Assembly (NCBI GenBank): GCA_009691445.1 | Contig: SICL01000002.1 | Span: 63-64,062 of the forward strand | Origin: Candidatus Taenariivivens baikalensis | GTDB taxonomy: Bacteria; Omnitrophota; Omnitrophia; Omnitrophales; Aquincolibacteriaceae | DNA: 64,000 nucleotides | Direction of reading: 5' to 3' | Shown here: piece after piece, positions 36,601 through 45,354 of the stretch | Layout: each line of letters starts with the position of its first letter | Numbering within the stretch: the stretch's first letter is position 1 | Position numbers and translations under genes: made by a program | The notes under the pieces: model-generated | What the model saw: only the letters and a program-made list of their open reading frames with translations | Databases searched by the model: none | Told to the model about the DNA's origin: nothing

Positions 36601-38501
36601 ATGATTGAGGCGAGCTCGCGGGGTGTTATTTTTAGGGACTTTTGGATAAAATTCGCAACCCGACCTGCTTGATCCGTACCCGATTTTCCAAGAAAGAATT
36701 CTATTTCTTCAGAAGGCAGGTTTTTCCAGGGGATTGTGTCTTTTTCATAAGGTTTGAGGCGGTTCAAGGCCTGCTTGATTTCGTTTTCATTTCTTGCGAC
36801 CTGAATGAAGTTTCTCTTTTCAAAATCAGAGATCCTCTCCCGGTTTTTATCCGATAAATCCATAAAAATAACGGGAAGCTGGCAGAGAACAGCTTCAATG
36901 ATGGTGGTGGACCAGGAAGAAAGAATCATTGCATCACACTGATGGATCAGGGTGATAATTTCTGATTTTGGATCGCTGACCACCCTGATTTTATTTTCAA
37001 TCTCATATTCTTTAAATAAACGCTTCCATGTTCCAAGGCCCATTGTATTGTGGGGCTTAAAGATGACTTCAAGTTCCCCTTTGAATTCCCTCAGAATCTT
37101 GAAAAAACTACGGGCGGCGGGTTCAACAATTTGTTGAAAGCTATCATCATGAATGCCGAGGTATCCGTGATGATCCGGAGTTTGTGGCGTAATGTAGGTA
37201 TTAGCGCAATAGAGAAGCTTTATTTTTGAAGAAAAGGATTTTTTAAGACGTTTTTTAAATTCCCGGATTAATTCATCATAGCGCGGTGTTCCGGTTACAA
37301 CGATTCCCTTGGGATTCCATCCTCGGCGAACATAAAAATCTTTTTCATATTGGGATTGAACGAGCGTGGAGGATTGGTGAAAGACCTGGCAATCCGTCGG
37401 TACTGCGAAATTAACGGCGAGATTGGCGTGCGACAGGCAATAGACCGGGATTTTCTTTCGTTTGGCAAAGGCGCCCAGGAATCCTCCCCGGAGAGCGTAA
37501 TCATCTTCAGTGAGAATTGCCTTTACCTTTGTCGCTTGAAAAACTTTTTCATATTCTTCGTATCGTTTGCCCAGTTGTTTCAGAAATGGATAAAAAGACG
37601 GAAGGACTAAATCAAGAATGAAAGGACTGAGGTTATCCTCCTTATAATGAAAGAATCCTGCGTCCGATGCAGACCGAAGGCCTGCAGATAGTTCCTGAAA
37701 AGCGGCGGAAGAGTCGTATTCAGCCGGAGTAACACCGTGAGATCGATAAGAGTCCGAAGTCATATAAGGAATGCGATTTTTTTGCGACCAGGAAAAAAGA
37801 TTGGCATTAAACGCACTGTCGTAAATACCCGTCGAAATGCCTTGTGACGAAAGAACCTGGAGAAGACGGCCTAAATGACGCAAAGAACCAATCGCCAGAA
37901 TATCCACATGTTTTGGAGGATGGAAAAAAGAAGCGTGAATTTTTGAAATCTGATTTTTGAATTTGGCGGAAAGTTCCGGTGGCACCGGATGGCCTCCTGA
38001 TTCTCCGGAGTTTATTGAGCTGGAATCAAGTTCAACCATTGGGAGAGCGGACTCTTTTGCTTTTTGCTGAAGCAAATAGTTGAGATAACTATTGCCGGAA
38101 AAATCAGGGTAAGTTTTAAAAAAAGGTTTAAACGTAATGACCGCGGCTGGAGATGCGCATTTCAAAATTATTTCTGAAAATAATAAATTTTTGACCGCCT
38201 GGCACAGTAAGTGTGAAAAGAAAAGATAGACGGTAGAGGCAAGATCAATGGTTTTAAAAACCGATCGCTCCCGGCAAAACTCAATCCATTTCGCCGCACG
38301 GCCGCAGCCCCAGGCATTGATTTCAGCCCACTGAGATTTTAAGGCGAAGTCATCAACCTTCCGGAAATTAATTTTTTGATTTCCCAAATAAGAATATATC
38401 TGGGGATTGTCACAAAAAATAAGAATATCACTGAGGCAGGGATAAGCCTCAGCCAATTTTTTATGCTGAATTTCATTGGATAATACGGCAACAGCCTTCA
38501 T
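36597..38501 (-). CDS. Large GT-B-like transferase, possibly TagF/Glyphos_transf-like polyol-phosphate (CDP-glycerol/ribitol) transferase
   Basis: 634 aa. The C-terminal half has KIKLLYCANTY...HHG and CDAMILSSWSTTIIEA. I judge these similar to TagF LYAPTFRD and SDxLITDYSS blocks. Function not firmly assignable. Confidence 0.4.
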   Translation of the reverse strand: MKAVAVLSNEIQHKKLAEAYPCLSDILIFCDNPQIYSYLGNQKINFRKVDDFALKSQWAEINAWGCGRAAKWIEFCRERSVFKTIDLASTVYLFFSHLLCQAVKNLLFSEIILKCASPAAVITFKPFFKTYPDFSGNSYLNYLLQQKAKESALPMVELDSSSINSGESGGHPVPPELSAKFKNQISKIHASFFHPPKHVDILAIGSLRHLGRLLQVLSSQGISTGIYDSAFNANLFSWSQKNRIPYMTSDSYRSHGVTPAEYDSSAAFQELSAGLRSASDAGFFHYKEDNLSPFILDLVLPSFYPFLKQLGKRYEEYEKVFQATKVKAILTEDDYALRGGFLGAFAKRKKIPVYCLSHANLAVNFAVPTDCQVFHQSSTLVQSQYEKDFYVRRGWNPKGIVVTGTPRYDELIREFKKRLKKSFSSKIKLLYCANTYITPQTPDHHGYLGIHDDSFQQIVEPAARSFFKILREFKGELEVIFKPHNTMGLGTWKRLFKEYEIENKIRVVSDPKSEIITLIHQCDAMILSSWSTTIIEAVLCQLPVIFMDLSDKNRERISDFEKRNFIQVARNENEIKQALNRLKPYEKDTIPWKNLPSEEIEFFLGKSGTDQAGRVANFIQKSLKITPRELASII

Positions 38502-38520
38502 AAGTCCTTAAAGATCAAGC

Positions 38521-39297
38521 TCAGGCGGGATGGGTTAATTTTTCAAAATAAGTTTTAAAAAGGCGGTCCTGCGGCATTTGAGAGCGAATGAGTTCAAGAT
38601 CCTGCGGCGTATCCACGCTGACCGTGGCGTGCGGAATGTGAACGGCTTTAATTTTGTATCCCTTTTCTAAAATTCTCAGGTATTCATTGAACTCAATGGT
38701 TTCAAGCTTCCCTTTCGTCCACGCCGCGTATTGCAGCAAAAAAGATTTACGGAATGGAACCAGATGGCAGACCTTGAGTAAAGGCGGATTCGGTGTCCGT
38801 GCATCCGAAGGAATATCTGAACGGGAAAAATACATCACTTCATCTTTTTCATTCAATACGGTTTTGATGACAGAGGTGATTCCCCGCTCAGCAAAAGGAG
38901 TCACTAAAAGAGCGACCGAGAGATCAGGATTTTGATAGAGCGCCGTAACCGCGGCATCAATATGTTCGGGATCGAGAAGGGCTTCATCCCCTTGAACATT
39001 GACAATGATATCCGCTTCGATTCCAGCAGCTGCTTCCGCAATTCGATCGGTGCCGGTTTGATGCCGGCTGTTTGTCATGATGGCCTTGCCGCCAAACTTT
39101 TGAACGGTTTCGAGAATCTCAGCACTGTCCGTTGCCACATAGACATCATGGAGAGTTTTAGCCATTTGACTTCTTCGAAGCACATGAACAATCATGGGAA
39201 GGCCGCAAATATCCGCCAAAGGTTTTTTTGGAAGGCGCGATGATTCGAGCCGGGCCGGAATAATGGCAACCGTTCTGGGAGTGGCGTGATTACTCAT
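38521..39297 (-). CDS. kdsB: 3-deoxy-manno-octulosonate cytidylyltransferase-like (CMP-Kdo synthetase family)
   Basis: 258 aa. VAIIPARLESSRLPKKPLADICGLPMIVHVL, NVQGDEALL and SVDTPQDLE align closely with E. coli KdsB blocks. This is a better fit than NeuA. Confidence 0.8.
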   Translation of the reverse strand: MSNHATPRTVAIIPARLESSRLPKKPLADICGLPMIVHVLRRSQMAKTLHDVYVATDSAEILETVQKFGGKAIMTNSRHQTGTDRIAEAAAGIEADIIVNVQGDEALLDPEHIDAAVTALYQNPDLSVALLVTPFAERGITSVIKTVLNEKDEVMYFSRSDIPSDARTPNPPLLKVCHLVPFRKSFLLQYAAWTKGKLETIEFNEYLRILEKGYKIKAVHIPHATVSVDTPQDLELIRSQMPQDRLFKTYFEKLTHPA

Positions 39298-40070
39298 TGA
39301 AATTTTTTAAAAGCCTGGTGAACGGTGCTGTATTCCCGGTAAAGGAGATTGGCATCCACTCCGTACGTGATAAATTTCAACCCTAAATTCAGAAGTTTTT
39401 TAATATCGTTTTGAGAATGGGCCACAAATCCTCCGGCGCATTTTCCCACAGCAGACACCTTCGCAATTCCCTGTTTTAAAGGTTTCATGACATCGGCGTG
39501 ATAGATGTCGCCCGGATGACCAAAAACGGCGGAGAGGTCATAGGCGCCGAAGTAAACGATATCTAAGTCTTCGATTTCGAGAATCTCGTCCAGGTTTTCA
39601 AATCCTTCTTTTGACTCAATAATAATGGAGCGGACAATATTTTGATTCGAATGCTTTACATAGTCGCCTGCATTTGTGCCGTTAAAAGAGCCTGCTTTGG
39701 TAAAGGGTGTGAATCCCCGCGTGCCTTTCGGAGAAAATTGGGTAGTGCGAATAAACTCCTTCACATCATTTGCATTCTGCATGTGAGGAACCATCAATCC
39801 TTCAGCCCCTTGATCGAGGGCTTGTTGAATCATCCAGGGCTCAGGGACCGGGAGGCGGACAATCGGTGCGCAGCCGTAGGCCTGACAGTGGCTGACATAG
39901 TCCGAAATCCGGTGAAGTTCAAAGGGGCCGTGTTCGAAGTCAATGATGACGAAATCAAGACCGGATTGCGCAATCGCATCAGTCACAAGCGAAGCGCCTA
40001 AGGTATTCCAGGTCCCCAGGATAGGATTTTTTTTCTGAATTTTATTTTTAAGCGTGAAGGGCATGTTCAT
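39294..40070 (-). CDS. HpcH/HpaI-family class II (metal-dependent) 2-keto-3-deoxy-acid aldolase
   Basis: 258 aa. ILGTWNTLGASLVTDAIAQSGLDFVIIDFEHGP is the family signature. Confidence 0.75.
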   Translation of the reverse strand: MNMPFTLKNKIQKKNPILGTWNTLGASLVTDAIAQSGLDFVIIDFEHGPFELHRISDYVSHCQAYGCAPIVRLPVPEPWMIQQALDQGAEGLMVPHMQNANDVKEFIRTTQFSPKGTRGFTPFTKAGSFNGTNAGDYVKHSNQNIVRSIIIESKEGFENLDEILEIEDLDIVYFGAYDLSAVFGHPGDIYHADVMKPLKQGIAKVSAVGKCAGGFVAHSQNDIKKLLNLGLKFITYGVDANLLYREYSTVHQAFKKFQ

Positions 40071-40836
40071 TTTCTACCTTGAGCTGGTTAAAGGATTCAA
40101 TGATGTGACAAGGCAGGTCTTTAAAATCCTCTCGGGTTCCGAGTCCGGTCAAGACACCGATATTACAGATGAGCCCCGCGTTTTCCCCCATCAGAATATC
40201 CACCGGATGATCCCCGATGACGGCCGTCTTTTCCCGGCGTGCCTTTGTTTTTACAAGAAGCCTTTCTACGGCTTCAGGTTCGGGTTTTGAATTCTGAATC
40301 TGATCGCCTCCCAGGACAGAGTGAAAATAGGGAGAAAGGCCAAACTGATTCAGAGTTTCCTGGGCGCGATTAGTCCGATCGCTTGTCGCAATGGAAAGCA
40401 GGATTCCGGCATCGTGAGCTTTCCTGACAAAATTTTCCACGCCCGGAAGTAATCGAACGAAATCACGGATGTGAGAAAGCGTTTTCTCATCCACTTCACG
40501 AAAAAGAGTTTCGATCTCCTGGACTGATGCCGCGGCGCCCATCTCCTTGAGTGTCTGAATGACGACTTGAACGATAAAACTCCGCGGTTTAATCCCGACC
40601 GGCCCTTCCCTTTTCATTTTGCCTGTGGATTCATCAATTCCCATGGCTTCAATCAAACGGGTGGAACGTTGTGAATCCGAGGTGTCCTTAAAGTATTTCT
40701 GAACAAGCAACTCGGTTCGCATGCGGATCATCGCGGTCCAGTAAAAATGGACATCAATGAGGGTTCCGTCTTTATCAAAAATAATAAGTTCCGGATCCTC
40801 CAGAAGAGTCTGGCCGGTGTCAAGCTTTAACGCTTT
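40048..40836 (-). CDS. HAD-superfamily hydrolase (phosphatase, HAD-IA-like)
   Basis: The start MKALKLDT... is chosen at 40836 to avoid overlap. Motif I IIFDKDGTLID and a C-terminal GDHPVDI motif. Confidence 0.75.
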   Translation of the reverse strand, partial: KALKLDTGQTLLEDPELIIFDKDGTLIDVHFYWTAMIRMRTELLVQKYFKDTSDSQRSTRLIEAMGIDESTGKMKREGPVGIKPRSFIVQVVIQTLKEMGAAASVQEIETLFREVDEKTLSHIRDFVRLLPGVENFVRKAHDAGILLSIATSDRTNRAQETLNQFGLSPYFHSVLGGDQIQNSKPEPEAVERLLVKTKARREKTAVIGDHPVDILMGENAGLICNIGVLTGLGTREDFKDLPCHIIESFNQLKVENEHALHA

Positions 40837-41833
40837 CATAAAATCCTTCGTGCACCAGTTCTTTTCCGATTTCCACGGCAGAGCGTATATTTTCGGCATT
40901 CGTATCAAAATCCGGTTTAATAAGGAATTCATTCACAATCTTCCGTGCATGAGTTCCTACAGAAATTCCGTTATAACGAACCCCGCACATCCGGGCAAGC
41001 TTAGAGGTTTGATTATTGGTTCCTCCGGAAACGAGGATTTTAAGGCTCTTGAAATTTTTCCGGATAATATCCGTCGTCGCAATGGCCTGAAGCGTGGTAT
41101 TAAAATCGTCTTTTCCCCCGCTCATTGGAACCCCGTCGGCCTGAATAATGGTTCTGTCTTTGGCAATGGATAAGGCTTCCTTGATACGCTGCGTCAGGCT
41201 GTGTGTGGATAAGTAAGCTCGGTCGAGGCACATCGAGATGAAGTTATTCGGTTGAATCTCATTCACCGTTTTCCATTCCTCAATAATTTGGTCATTGGAC
41301 GGGACGGCGGCATGAAGTTCAATATTTTCCGCGCCGGCTTCAAGGCATTCGGGAAGAATTTTTTTGAGCGACTTATCATCATGTTCGTAACGGATGGCAT
41401 CAATTTTTTTCGGACAGGCTTCTTCACAAGCGCCGCATCCGATACAAAGATCCCGGATGATCACCAGATTGAGCGGAATCGCATCCGTCGGGCAAACCGG
41501 AATACATTTATCGCATTTAATGCAGGTATCAATGATGTAAGCTTTGCGGACATGATGATCGCCCGGCATCCCGACGCTGACGGTGATAAAAGGCCGGTTA
41601 GGGATTTCAATATTCAGTTTTTTGGACCATTCGTACGCGGTATTGATTCCCGAAACACAGGATTGAACAATATGCGGCTTGGCAGAAACATCAAAACCGT
41701 TGGCACCGGCAAGCGTATAAACAACCGCAAGCTTGCGGACTTCCTCGGCGTTTTCGTTCCCCGCTCCGCAGACCAGTTTAAAATAACGGTTTTCATCCAA
41801 AAGCTTTCTCATTTCCTCGAAACGCGCATTCAT
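40820..41833 (-). CDS. 4Fe-4S dicluster-domain protein of unknown function
   Basis: 337 aa. Central CIKCDKCIPVCP and CIGCGACEEACP ferredoxin motifs, flanked by an N-domain (KLVCGAGNE) and a C-domain (KILVSGGTNN) that look like split halves of a barrel. Confidence 0.5.
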   Translation of the reverse strand: MNARFEEMRKLLDENRYFKLVCGAGNENAEEVRKLAVVYTLAGANGFDVSAKPHIVQSCVSGINTAYEWSKKLNIEIPNRPFITVSVGMPGDHHVRKAYIIDTCIKCDKCIPVCPTDAIPLNLVIIRDLCIGCGACEEACPKKIDAIRYEHDDKSLKKILPECLEAGAENIELHAAVPSNDQIIEEWKTVNEIQPNNFISMCLDRAYLSTHSLTQRIKEALSIAKDRTIIQADGVPMSGGKDDFNTTLQAIATTDIIRKNFKSLKILVSGGTNNQTSKLARMCGVRYNGISVGTHARKIVNEFLIKPDFDTNAENIRSAVEIGKELVHEGFYESVKA

Positions 41834-41834
41834 T

Positions 41835-43481
41835 TCATTTCTCCTTCAGTTTTTGAGAATTATTTTTAGAAAATTCCGGGGAATAAATGGAACTTTGAGT
41901 GACCGAGTAAGTGGTCGGAGTGACGCTGATGATCGATGGGGCCAGCGGAATTTTTTTATAAAGATTTAAAATATGTTCCATCTCTTTGTGGCGAGGGTCC
42001 TGGTAATCATAGCCATCAAATCCGGCCAAAAGAATCCGGGATGCTCCGCTGCTGATCCCAAGTGCAAACACGTAAGCGGCAACCAGCATGAGAGGGATCA
42101 CGCAGTCATTTTCCTCGGCTAGAAAAGTATTTTCACTCGTTCCCATTCCATAATCAAAAACTTTCAAATTTTTAAATTTATGTTTTACAATTTCAGGCAC
42201 GGCGTTCATGGGTGCGATGATCGGACGGTTTAATGATTGGTATTTATCGGAATCCATGAGTAATCGGGTTTTGTGGCAGGTGGCATAAGCCGTAATATGT
42301 TCAGGAGCAATATACGGATTAATGTTCAGAGAAACCACTACCGGGTCATTTTCTTTGATCAAGCGGACAACATCCTCTTTATATCTTTCCAGCTGCGGCC
42401 CTGATCCCAGAATAAGTAAGTCACGGTTTTGAGCCCATCCGGATGCGGACCACGAACCTTTCAGAGGCTGATGAAGATTATTCAGGGCTTTTTCCAGATC
42501 CTTATCTTTAAAAGAAGTGGCGCCGCTGTTTTTTAAAGATTCCAATGCCGCAAGAATCTTTTCCGGCTGGTAATCAGGTTTTGAAAGAATCTCCTGAATG
42601 TAAGTCGGGTGGATTCCGTATTTGCCGGAAAGATAATAAAGCAGATTATTTCCCCAGCCGTAGCGTTTTTTCATTTTTTCAAAATCGTCGATCACCAGGG
42701 AGAAAAGGGCGTCGGGATAAAAGGTTTGAATGCCCCGGCTCGTGAGTTCCAGGATAAGAAGTTCGGTGCAGGCATTCCCCGCTCCGCGTCCCATGCCAAG
42801 GATGGTGCCGTCAATCCACGCAGCCCCTGTTTCGATGGCCGTTAAAGAGTTCTCAAGTGCGTTGCCCATATTATCGTGAGTGTGAATCCCCACCGGTCCG
42901 TCCCAATTTTTTTGAATGGTCTGGATGATTTCCCGTGTTTGTTTGGGATCAAGACTTCCCAAACTGTCCGCAATATAAAAGACATCAATCATGTTTTGAT
43001 TTTTTATCCATCCGGAATATTCGCGGAGCTGATGAGGGGGGATATGCGAAATATGCATTAAATTTAAACCGATCGCATAACCCAATTTTTTTAAAGCGCT
43101 CATCAAAGCGGCACATTCTGTCAGCTGATTCGGATTGACGGCAATTCGCACAAGTTCGACGCGGGAATTTACCGCGGGCTGGAATACAAGATCAACCGCT
43201 TGTTCAATCCCCCCGGGGTATTGAAGAAATTCTTTGGCATTGATCATGACCCCAAGCTTCAGGTCTTCCGGGACATCGAGAGTGGAAATAAAATAATCCG
43301 TCGTGTAGGCAAATGGCCCCAGGAAACCTTCCTGAGGAAGTGAACGAAAACCCAATTCAACCGTCCGAATACCCGCGGTATGAACGGCCTGAAGGTAGCG
43401 GGACACAAGATCCGCAGGAAAATCCCACTGATTGTAGTAGCCGCCGTCGCGGAGCGTGCAATCAAGAATTCTTAAATCCAT
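41835..43481 (-). CDS. Fusion protein: N-terminal DRE-TIM metallolyase (HMGL-like aldolase/synthase) domain plus C-terminal MptE/DUF115-like domain
   Basis: N-terminal LDCTLRDGGYYNQWDF...TVELGFR is the DRE-TIM signature. The C-terminal ~230 aa (LILGSGPQLE...ILLAGFDGY) resembles Maf/DUF115 (MptE-like) domains. Start either MDL at 43481 or MIQ at 43526. Confidence 0.55.
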   Translation of the reverse strand: MDLRILDCTLRDGGYYNQWDFPADLVSRYLQAVHTAGIRTVELGFRSLPQEGFLGPFAYTTDYFISTLDVPEDLKLGVMINAKEFLQYPGGIEQAVDLVFQPAVNSRVELVRIAVNPNQLTECAALMSALKKLGYAIGLNLMHISHIPPHQLREYSGWIKNQNMIDVFYIADSLGSLDPKQTREIIQTIQKNWDGPVGIHTHDNMGNALENSLTAIETGAAWIDGTILGMGRGAGNACTELLILELTSRGIQTFYPDALFSLVIDDFEKMKKRYGWGNNLLYYLSGKYGIHPTYIQEILSKPDYQPEKILAALESLKNSGATSFKDKDLEKALNNLHQPLKGSWSASGWAQNRDLLILGSGPQLERYKEDVVRLIKENDPVVVSLNINPYIAPEHITAYATCHKTRLLMDSDKYQSLNRPIIAPMNAVPEIVKHKFKNLKVFDYGMGTSENTFLAEENDCVIPLMLVAAYVFALGISSGASRILLAGFDGYDYQDPRHKEMEHILNLYKKIPLAPSIISVTPTTYSVTQSSIYSPEFSKNNSQKLKEK

Positions 43482-43482
43482 T

Positions 43483-44532
43483 TCAGATTTCACGCGAACC
43501 TCTGCTAATCTTTGCGTTTGGATCACTGGTTAAGTAGTTATTTTCATAATCTTCTGCCATTTGTTCCAGAATTTTACGGTAAAAATCCGAAACTTGGTAT
43601 TCCTGATATCGGTTATCAACGATTTTGCGCTGTTGTACCCAGTAAGTTGACGGAAGGATTCGCGGGATATTCATGTTTTTGAACATCGTGGCTGTTCGGG
43701 ATGTTTCACAGATTCCTAATTTTTTTTGTACAGTTGTCCAGTCATCGTTTGGGGTTACGACAAATCTTTCAAAAGGGATGATCATCACCTTGTTTTGGAA
43801 TGAGGGCCGTTGAGTATAAAATTCCTTAGCTTGATGAAGAAGATGATGCGTCACAAGAATTGCTTGTTCAAAGGGATTGGCCGCTAAATAATCATCGGCA
43901 ATTTCAAGGGCAAACCAAGGTATTATTTTATCTTTTACTAATAAAACCTGCTGAAATTCTCTAGGATCATTACCGAGGCGTTTATTCCAGTTGCCTTTAG
44001 TCCAGTTTTCCACAAGCCAAAATGGATGTCTGATCGGTACAACCATGAGTTTAAGACGATGATGGAAGGTGTCAAACATAAGCTCAGAGATTCCGAAAAG
44101 ATAATGGGTCATCAGCACTAAAATGGGTTTTTCTAATTTTATTTTATCAACAATAGCTTCTCCTTCTGTTTTGTCTTCGAGCCTCAAACGATATTTTTCC
44201 TCCTGAAGATTTGCTTGTATGCTGCTTAGGTCAGAAGCTCTAAGGTTAATGTGTCTTCCTATCATAAGGTGGTAAAGATCCATATCAGCATAGGTTTTGA
44301 GGAATGTCGCTGCCACAGATCGATTCATGAATCCGTAATGGTCCGCCATGCACAAGTAGTCATAATTATAATTTGCGATCCATGCCTCACATCGATCCAA
44401 GCTGCTGATAAGTGGTGCTAGCAGGGATTTTCCGGAGCCTGAAAATCCATCAATAACAACAATATCCTCGGCAAGTTGCAGAGGGCGAATCAAGACTGCT
44501 TCACTTAGGGGATTTGAAATCTTGGGACTCAT
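43483..44532 (-). CDS. P-loop NTPase-fold protein (Walker A GFSGSGKS; kinase- or sulfotransferase-like)
   Basis: 349 aa. VVIDGFSGSGKSLLAPL Walker A resembles APS-kinase/zeta-type kinases. No further family assignment possible. Confidence 0.4.
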   Translation of the reverse strand: MSPKISNPLSEAVLIRPLQLAEDIVVIDGFSGSGKSLLAPLISSLDRCEAWIANYNYDYLCMADHYGFMNRSVAATFLKTYADMDLYHLMIGRHINLRASDLSSIQANLQEEKYRLRLEDKTEGEAIVDKIKLEKPILVLMTHYLFGISELMFDTFHHRLKLMVVPIRHPFWLVENWTKGNWNKRLGNDPREFQQVLLVKDKIIPWFALEIADDYLAANPFEQAILVTHHLLHQAKEFYTQRPSFQNKVMIIPFERFVVTPNDDWTTVQKKLGICETSRTATMFKNMNIPRILPSTYWVQQRKIVDNRYQEYQVSDFYRKILEQMAEDYENNYLTSDPNAKISRGSREI

Positions 44533-44533
44533 G

Positions 44534-45352
44534 TTAACTTTTTTGTAGTGTTGACAGATTTTTTGATGGATTCAATTTAAATTTTTCCCATTGAGCCAAG
44601 TCAAATCCTGATTCGATCAAGGATTGGCGGGATTTTTCCAGACCGTCTCCGATAAAGTTAAATAGATGGGCCGTGGCCACGGCATCGACTCGTGGATCTT
44701 TTAACCCCTGGGCAAGGTGATGATAGTTACCGGCACCGCCCGCAAGGATCACCGGAATGGTTAGAGTCTCCGGGATTTGATCCAATAAGCCTAAGTCGTA
44801 ACCCTGTCCTGTTCCATCCCGATGAATCGAATTCAAATAAAGTTCGCCAATAGGATAGTTTGATATTTTTTGGAGCCAGGTACTCAGGGAATCATTGACC
44901 GGCTTACTTCCATTTTCGACCATGATTCGGTATCCGGACTCATGGAGGGAAGCATCAACGGAGGCAATAATGCATTGCTGTCCAAATTCTACAGCCAGTT
45001 GGTTGAGAAGGATGGGGTTTTCAAAGATCGGAGTGTTGATAACGATCTTATCTGCGCCAGACCGGAGAAGTTGTTTAGCTTGCTCAACGGAGCGGATTCC
45101 TCCCCCTGCGGCTATCGGCATAAAGCAACCCTCCGTGAGCGACTTGAGATGTTCACAAAAAAGATCAAATTGGCGAGCGTCTCGTGAAACATCAAGGACG
45201 ATCAATTCATCGATCGAAAATGCCACTCGATAAAAGTTATAATTCTTTTGCAGCCACCGTAGATCACCCACGCGCTGCAGACGAAAATTACGGCTTAACA
45301 TGAATGAGCCGTGATCAAATAAGAGTGTAAAAATAACACGTTTTTTAAGCAT
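44534..45352 (-). CDS. HisF-like cyclase subunit of a glycan-modifying imidazole-glycerol-phosphate-synthase-like complex (WbuY/PseudoHisF type)
   Basis: The start MLKKRVIFTLLFDHG is chosen at 45352. IAAGGGIRSVEQAKQLLRSGADKIVINT is a HisF-type (beta/alpha)8 phosphate-binding motif. It sits next to a HisH-like gene and a WbpG-like amidotransferase. Confidence 0.8.
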   Translation of the reverse strand: MLKKRVIFTLLFDHGSFMLSRNFRLQRVGDLRWLQKNYNFYRVAFSIDELIVLDVSRDARQFDLFCEHLKSLTEGCFMPIAAGGGIRSVEQAKQLLRSGADKIVINTPIFENPILLNQLAVEFGQQCIIASVDASLHESGYRIMVENGSKPVNDSLSTWLQKISNYPIGELYLNSIHRDGTGQGYDLGLLDQIPETLTIPVILAGGAGNYHHLAQGLKDPRVDAVATAHLFNFIGDGLEKSRQSLIESGFDLAQWEKFKLNPSKNLSTLQKS

Positions 45353-45354
45353 GG

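Noticed and set aside
36597-38501. KpsC-like beta-Kdo transferase assignment for the 634-aa protein (attractive because kdsB is adjacent)
   Set aside because: No similarity to recalled KpsC repeat motifs. The C-terminal blocks resemble TagF/Glyphos_transf more, so it is left as TagF-like with low confidence.
38521-39297. Annotation as a second NeuA-type CMP-nonulosonate synthetase
   Set aside because: The block structure (IIPAR..S.RLP.KPL, VNVQGDE, SVDTPQDLE) matches KdsB much better than NeuA. The NeuA-like enzyme is the separate ORF at 47956-48690.
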